Assembly (NCBI GenBank): GCA_024704765.1
Contig: JAKMXF010000022.1
Span: 759,055 to 823,054, forward strand
Length of the DNA stretch: 64,000 bases
Reading direction: 5' to 3'
From: Oopsacas minuta
Lineage: Eukaryota > Animalia > Porifera
Part shown: positions 58,985 to 64,000 of the stretch, piece by piece
How positions within the stretch are numbered: the first letter of the stretch is position 1
Layout: every line of letters begins with the position of its first letter
Position numbers and translations under genes: made by a program
The notes under the pieces: model-generated
What the model was told of the DNA's origin: nothing
What the model saw: the letters and a program-made list of their open reading frames with translations, nothing else
Databases searched by the model: none

Positions 58985-59415
58985 TATGTACGTATTATAA
59001 ATGAAGTCCCTATGAATATTCTATTCTAATATATTTCTCACTATTATAGAAGGCCACACTGGCCCCCTTTTTGCCACGATGGTATAGTAATTAGTGTGAC
59101 TAACATATCAAGGAAGAGATCCAAGTTAAGCAATCGAAATGAGCCCAATTTCACACCATGAAAATCTGACGTCACTCAAACACCCAATTGTCGGTATCCT
59201 TACTTGTACTACCTGGTTGCAACATACCATACATACGTGTTATCTCAGCCAATCCAAATAGAAAGATACTCATAATTAAACAATTACATAATTAATAATT
59301 AGTAATTAGTAATTGTCACTGTATTGTCTTTGTTATTTAATTAATTACTAACACATTAGTGAATTTCTGGAGAATAATATTAAGTAACAATAGAATAGTA
59401 GCACAGATAGTGTGT

Positions 59416-61836
59416 ATGGCTTCCCTGGATGAATTGGAGCGTAGAGGACAGCTCCTGAGTTGTGAGGAACATAAAAAGAATGACTCACTCCCACTAATCA
59501 CCCTTAAAGTATTATACTACTGTGAGCAATGTGAAACTCATCAGTGTCCAGATTGTAACCGTGAGATCCATTCTAAACTGAAGGGACACAACTTCACAGA
59601 AGTACAGCTTCATCTTGAGGACGCCATCCAAAGTAAAGTGGATCCACTGGGTTGTGAGTTATGGTGCGATGGTAAGAACCTCGCTGAGATATGGTGTGAA
59701 GGATGTAATGGTATTCGTATGTGTACATTATGTGACGCAAGACTTCATAACTCTAACACAAACAACAGAGAATCACACGCCAGGAGGTCTCTATACGATA
59801 CCGATATATCTATCCGTGACGTCAGCGCTGCCTTCCTGCTGATGGATGAAGATGAGATAATACAGGTAGAAACAGCAGCTGATTTCAGGAAGTTATTAGG
59901 TACAGATGTTACGGAGTACACTACACTTAAGGTGGTGTCTATATTCGGTAATACAGGTGATGGAAAGTCTCACACACTCAACCATGCTTTCTTCAACGGA
60001 CAGGAAGTATTCAATGTATCAGCTAAACAGGTCTCTTGTACTATTGGAGTTTGGGCAAAGTTCCACCCTAAACTAAATGCGCTTTTTATCGACACAGAAG
60101 GACTGCTTGGCGAATCTGATAACGCGAATAGACGTACGAGATTGTTGTTGAAGATTCTCGCGGTTTCTGACATAGTTGTGTATCGATCCAGAGCAGAGCG
60201 TCTCCATACAGATATGTTTAACTTCCTTGGAGATGCAGCTAAAGCTTACACGGAATATTTTACTCAGGAACTGTCAAAAGCCGCAGAACGTTGTAACCTC
60301 AAAATTTCTCTCTCAAATCTGGGACCTGCTCTTCTTATATTCCACGAGACACAGCATACAGATCCTCTTGGCTCTTCTACCCCCTCTCCCCCTGATAACA
60401 AGAATGAATCTAAGATAGACAAGGATCGAGCTGATAAAGCTCTATCTAACATTAGTCCTGAGGAGCTAATAAGACGTAAATTTCATTCACTCAAATATTC
60501 TCCTAATGCGTTTAGCTCCACTAACTATGTAGGAATACGTACTAAATTTCCTCCCACAAATTTCACTTCATTTGTACGTAAAATCAAAGATATTCTATCT
60601 AACCATACGGTGAGGGCTCCTAGAGCTCCAGAGGTGTTCTTACAAGCTTTAACAGTTTTAAACAAGAAGTTCTCTGGAGATATTGATCCCTCCCTTCCCT
60701 CCTCTTTTCCTGACCAATACTTTACTTGTAACACACGGTGTCTCGCATGTGGAGCTCGTTGTGAGAAAGGGACTAATCACCATCTAGAAAAGATACCTCA
60801 CCTCACACGACAGAGATGTAAGTATACACATCAATTCGATAACAAAGTATTCACGTGTATCATATGCTTTGAAAACGGCAATGAGTGTATTGTAATTCCT
60901 CAAACTGCGGCTTCTAACACATCAGCATGGTCTGGTCTAGCTCAGTACATGTGGGCTGGCTACGTACTTGAATGTAAGAAATGTGGAGTTATATACAAAA
61001 GCAGACAGTATTGGTACGGCAATAGAGAGCCCACTGAGAAGGCTGCTCGCACAGAGATACGTCACGTATGGGAGGGAGATGTAGGTATCGGGGGTAATAC
61101 ATCTCATAACATAGGTCGTAGACTTATGGATGGAGTCAGTAATATATCACAACAAGTATCTACCTCATCTTCTACTGCTACCATGACGTCATGGTTAACT
61201 GATCAGATGGCGCCTTCTTACTGGGTCGCTAACAAAGAGACAGATACTTGTCACGATTGTGATAAGCACTTCTTACCTGGAGAAACTAAGCATCACTGCA
61301 GGGCTTGTGGGAATATATTCTGTGAGGATTGTTCTGATCAGCTGATGCCTGTACCTGAATTAGGATGGGGAACTATCCCAGTTAGAGTTTGTAGAAAATG
61401 TTATACAACTCGAGAAACTGCACAAACAAAACCTGAAATAAATATAAATGATTCTGATGATGATGATTTCGCTCTGATAGAACATCCCCCTGTAGAGGTT
61501 CCGAATATTCCTAATTCCCCGGGGAATCCAAACACCGTTACAGCTCGTAAAGTAGGAGAAGGACTCCAAACTGTATTCAGCTTCGTGTCCTCAGCAGCTG
61601 GTATTCCTAAATCATTCATCACAGACATGGCTCGTCCCTCTTACTGGGTACCAGATGCTGACATTAATGAATGCTATCTGTGTAGAGAATATTTCACAGC
61701 TGATAAATATAAACACCACTGTAGAGCATGTGGTCAGGGATTCTGCGGAAAATGCTCTTCACACCAGAAATCAGTACCCAATAGAGGATGGGAGTATCCT
61801 GTCAGAGTATGTGATAGTTGTGCTGACAAGTTATGA
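59416..61836 (+). CDS. ZFYVE1: Zinc finger FYVE domain-containing protein 1 (DFCP1), intronless
   Basis: Two N-terminal B-box-like Cys/His clusters, P-loop domain (SIFGNTGDGKSHTLN, DTEG), Cys-rich domain and two FYVE fingers (KHHCRACG twice). Confidence 0.96.
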   Translation: MASLDELERRGQLLSCEEHKKNDSLPLITLKVLYYCEQCETHQCPDCNREIHSKLKGHNFTEVQLHLEDAIQSKVDPLGCELWCDGKNLAEIWCEGCNGIRMCTLCDARLHNSNTNNRESHARRSLYDTDISIRDVSAAFLLMDEDEIIQVETAADFRKLLGTDVTEYTTLKVVSIFGNTGDGKSHTLNHAFFNGQEVFNVSAKQVSCTIGVWAKFHPKLNALFIDTEGLLGESDNANRRTRLLLKILAVSDIVVYRSRAERLHTDMFNFLGDAAKAYTEYFTQELSKAAERCNLKISLSNLGPALLIFHETQHTDPLGSSTPSPPDNKNESKIDKDRADKALSNISPEELIRRKFHSLKYSPNAFSSTNYVGIRTKFPPTNFTSFVRKIKDILSNHTVRAPRAPEVFLQALTVLNKKFSGDIDPSLPSSFPDQYFTCNTRCLACGARCEKGTNHHLEKIPHLTRQRCKYTHQFDNKVFTCIICFENGNECIVIPQTAASNTSAWSGLAQYMWAGYVLECKKCGVIYKSRQYWYGNREPTEKAARTEIRHVWEGDVGIGGNTSHNIGRRLMDGVSNISQQVSTSSSTATMTSWLTDQMAPSYWVANKETDTCHDCDKHFLPGETKHHCRACGNIFCEDCSDQLMPVPELGWGTIPVRVCRKCYTTRETAQTKPEININDSDDDDFALIEHPPVEVPNIPNSPGNPNTVTARKVGEGLQTVFSFVSSAAGIPKSFITDMARPSYWVPDADINECYLCREYFTADKYKHHCRACGQGFCGKCSSHQKSVPNRGWEYPVRVCDSCADKL

Positions 61837-62519
61837 CGTCATTAATATAAGTATTTTCAAGTTTGTAGCAATTTATGATTCTATTTGGTATATATTAATG
61901 TTTCAGCAATTAATACTATTTCTACGCTTATTTTCTCTGTGTTGATGTATATAGCTATCAACTGCTAGTTAATACACAAGTAGCGGTCATAATTTATCAT
62001 CTAGATTTTGTGAGATTAGACATTTTGATGTTACGTTTAATCAGAGCGGGTTGCACTCAATATACAGGTTCGTGAGAGCATACTCCTAACACTCCCCCCT
62101 TATTATTCCCATAAGACTGAATCAGGATATTAACTCATAGATAAATCCCAGCTTAGGCTACGAATAAAGAATTATCAGCTGATTATTTCTAAATTATCAC
62201 AATGAATAGCACTTTCTAAAGCAGACATCTCGATCTTGGTTCTCAAACTTCAAACTGAGAGAATTTTATCTAGAACGGTTCTAATTGTGTTTACTTGATA
62301 TAAATCAAATGTATGTATATTTCCTATTGAGATGTATGGTATACAGAAAATATCTCTATTATGAACACCTTTGGGTCCAGGATTATATTCTGTGAGAGCA
62401 CTTTCGAATTAATAAAATCATAGCATATGGTAAAATCTATTCTCCATACCAAATTTTAATTTTGGCGAAGCAGGTTTAATTATGATCGAATAATATTGTA
62501 ATTACTAGTACAAGAGTTT

Positions 62520-62906
62520 CTAAGACATCATTGCATCTTCACAGAAATGTTCTTGTACCAGTTCTAAAATTTTTTCGACTTCATCATCAGAAAACCTTGT
62601 GTCACACTCCTCTACCAGAATGTGTAGGTCCACTGGCTTCATGGGACATGTATTCAGAATCTGTAGTTTCTCAGAAGGTTTTAGTTTGAACTTTGCCAGA
62701 GTTTGAAGAAATGATTTTATTTTCTCCGGGGTCTGCTGTGCACTTGGACCTTCCGCGAGAAACTTCTCTACATTCTCGGTATTAGTGAACATATGTTCAT
62801 TGGAGAATTTGTTCTTAATTACACTCAATTCTATGTTCACTTCTTTAACAACTTGTAATACTTCAAAGTTGCTCAGATATCCTGCATTCTTGTCGAGAAT
62901 TTCCAT
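62520..62906 (-). CDS. CRCP: RNA polymerase III subunit RPC9 / CGRP receptor component
   Basis: LSNFEVL, QTPEKI..FL..L.KFKL..SEKLQILN..P...V....LVEEC..RF: Rpb4/RPC9 family. Confidence 0.9.
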   Translation of the reverse strand: MEILDKNAGYLSNFEVLQVVKEVNIELSVIKNKFSNEHMFTNTENVEKFLAEGPSAQQTPEKIKSFLQTLAKFKLKPSEKLQILNTCPMKPVDLHILVEECDTRFSDDEVEKILELVQEHFCEDAMMS

Positions 62907-63446
62907 AATTCGATTCTAATTGCTAAATTACACACACACACGCACTAATATCCATAGTAATTTTGCTAGGTCGACAACATATGTACAATACAATACTAAT
63001 GCTATCCTTAGTGCAGTTACGAATACATATTTTTGTTGTTCGCTCGCTTTGTAAATGATTAATTATGATTTACAACCTGAACCAAATCTAAGGAGGTATT
63101 CATTCTCACAAGGAATTGAGAACATGCTCACTATATAATAAAAAGTCAAGTAAGCATTGCTCAGTAGTCGAATATACATGATCAAATGTACACAGGCCCG
63201 TGGAGCATTCCAAGGAATAAATCTAAAAATATTTAGAATATAGCTTCATGAAATACAATTATGGTCAACTTAAGTTACATCCAATATTCTCGCCAAATAC
63301 CAATAATGTCTCATTCAACCCCCTTTTATCGCCTCAATTCACCCAGAATCAAAACTAACCTGTAGCGAAGACAACTACATATCGTTTACGTACATATATG
63401 AGCTTTAACAAATTACGAATAAATATAGTATTTGCCTAATAGAATA

Positions 63447-64000
63447 ATGACACACAAACCTCGAGTTGCGTATTTCTACGACCCTGATGTAGGAAACTAC
63501 TACTATGGACCTGGTCACCCCATGAAGCCTCATCGTCTGTCCCTGACACACAGTCTAGTACTATCTTACGACTTGTTCCAACACATGGAAATATACCGCC
63601 CTCTCAAAGCTACAGCATTTGATATGTGTACTTTCCATTCAGAAGATTATATTAATTTCCTACAAAGAGTAACTCCACAGAATATTGGAGGATTCACATC
63701 TAGTCGTTTCAACGTAGGAGAAGATTGTCCTGTCTTTCCTGGCATGTTTGATTTTTGTAGTATATATAGTGGAGCATCTCTTGACGGAGCAGTAAAGCTG
63801 AATAACAACCAAGCTGATATAGTTATTAATTGGTCAGGCGGATTCCATCATGCTAAGAAATTCGAAGCATCTGGGTTTTGCTACGTAAATGATATTGTTC
63901 TAGCAATACTGGAGCTTCTCAAGCATCATGCTAGAGTTCTGTACATAGACATAGACATACACCATGGAGATGGAGTGCAGGAAGCTTTCTACTTAACTGA
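63447..64000 (+). CDS. HDAC3: Histone deacetylase 3 (5' part, runs off the window)
   Basis: Own translation: [31 protein letters not shown]...DCPVFPG...[18 protein letters not shown]...[28 protein letters not shown] and DGVQEAFY are HDAC3 signatures. Confidence 0.96.
   Translation, partial: MTHKPRVAYFYDPDVGNYYYGPGHPMKPHRLSLTHSLVLSYDLFQHMEIYRPLKATAFDMCTFHSEDYINFLQRVTPQNIGGFTSSRFNVGEDCPVFPGMFDFCSIYSGASLDGAVKLNNNQADIVINWSGGFHHAKKFEASGFCYVNDIVLAILELLKHHARVLYIDIDIHHGDGVQEAFYLT

Overview
Compact, AT-rich animal genomic DNA with mostly intronless genes and short introns. By inference (gene density, intron loss, gene repertoire) it is probably a glass sponge (Hexactinellida); this was not verified. 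Housekeeping genes: actin, BANF1, RNASET2, RABEPK, KIN17, MSH4, CLIP1-like, ACMSD, PPCDC, NOL6, ERK/MAPK1, ZFYVE1, CRCP/RPC9 and HDAC3 (cut by the window end). Lineage-specific genes are interspersed. The most striking are two tandem, prodomain-less caspases fused to a C-terminal NHL-type beta-propeller: their protease domains are diverged, but their last 954 bp differ at only 3 sites, all amino-acid changing. Others are a small CARD-fold protein with a hydrophobic C-terminal tail (MAVS-like topology), a ~19-exon VWA-FN3(x~17)-TM receptor ending in an ITSM/PDZ-like tail (TVYSAV), an RRM-Tudor-coiled-coil-pseudokinase (STK31-like), an orphan 7TM protein and an orphan Ser/Pro-rich ORF. Most start codons have a splice-acceptor-like YAG 1-27 nt upstream, suggesting SL trans-splicing and possibly operons. 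Mobile DNA: a decayed Mutator element with a perfect 9-bp TSD, a CRE-like retrotransposon fragment, and hAT-, Tc1/mariner- and Harbinger-like MITEs. A decayed multi-exon pseudogene lies at about 52.4-57.1 kb. No rRNA, tRNA or CRISPR array was found.
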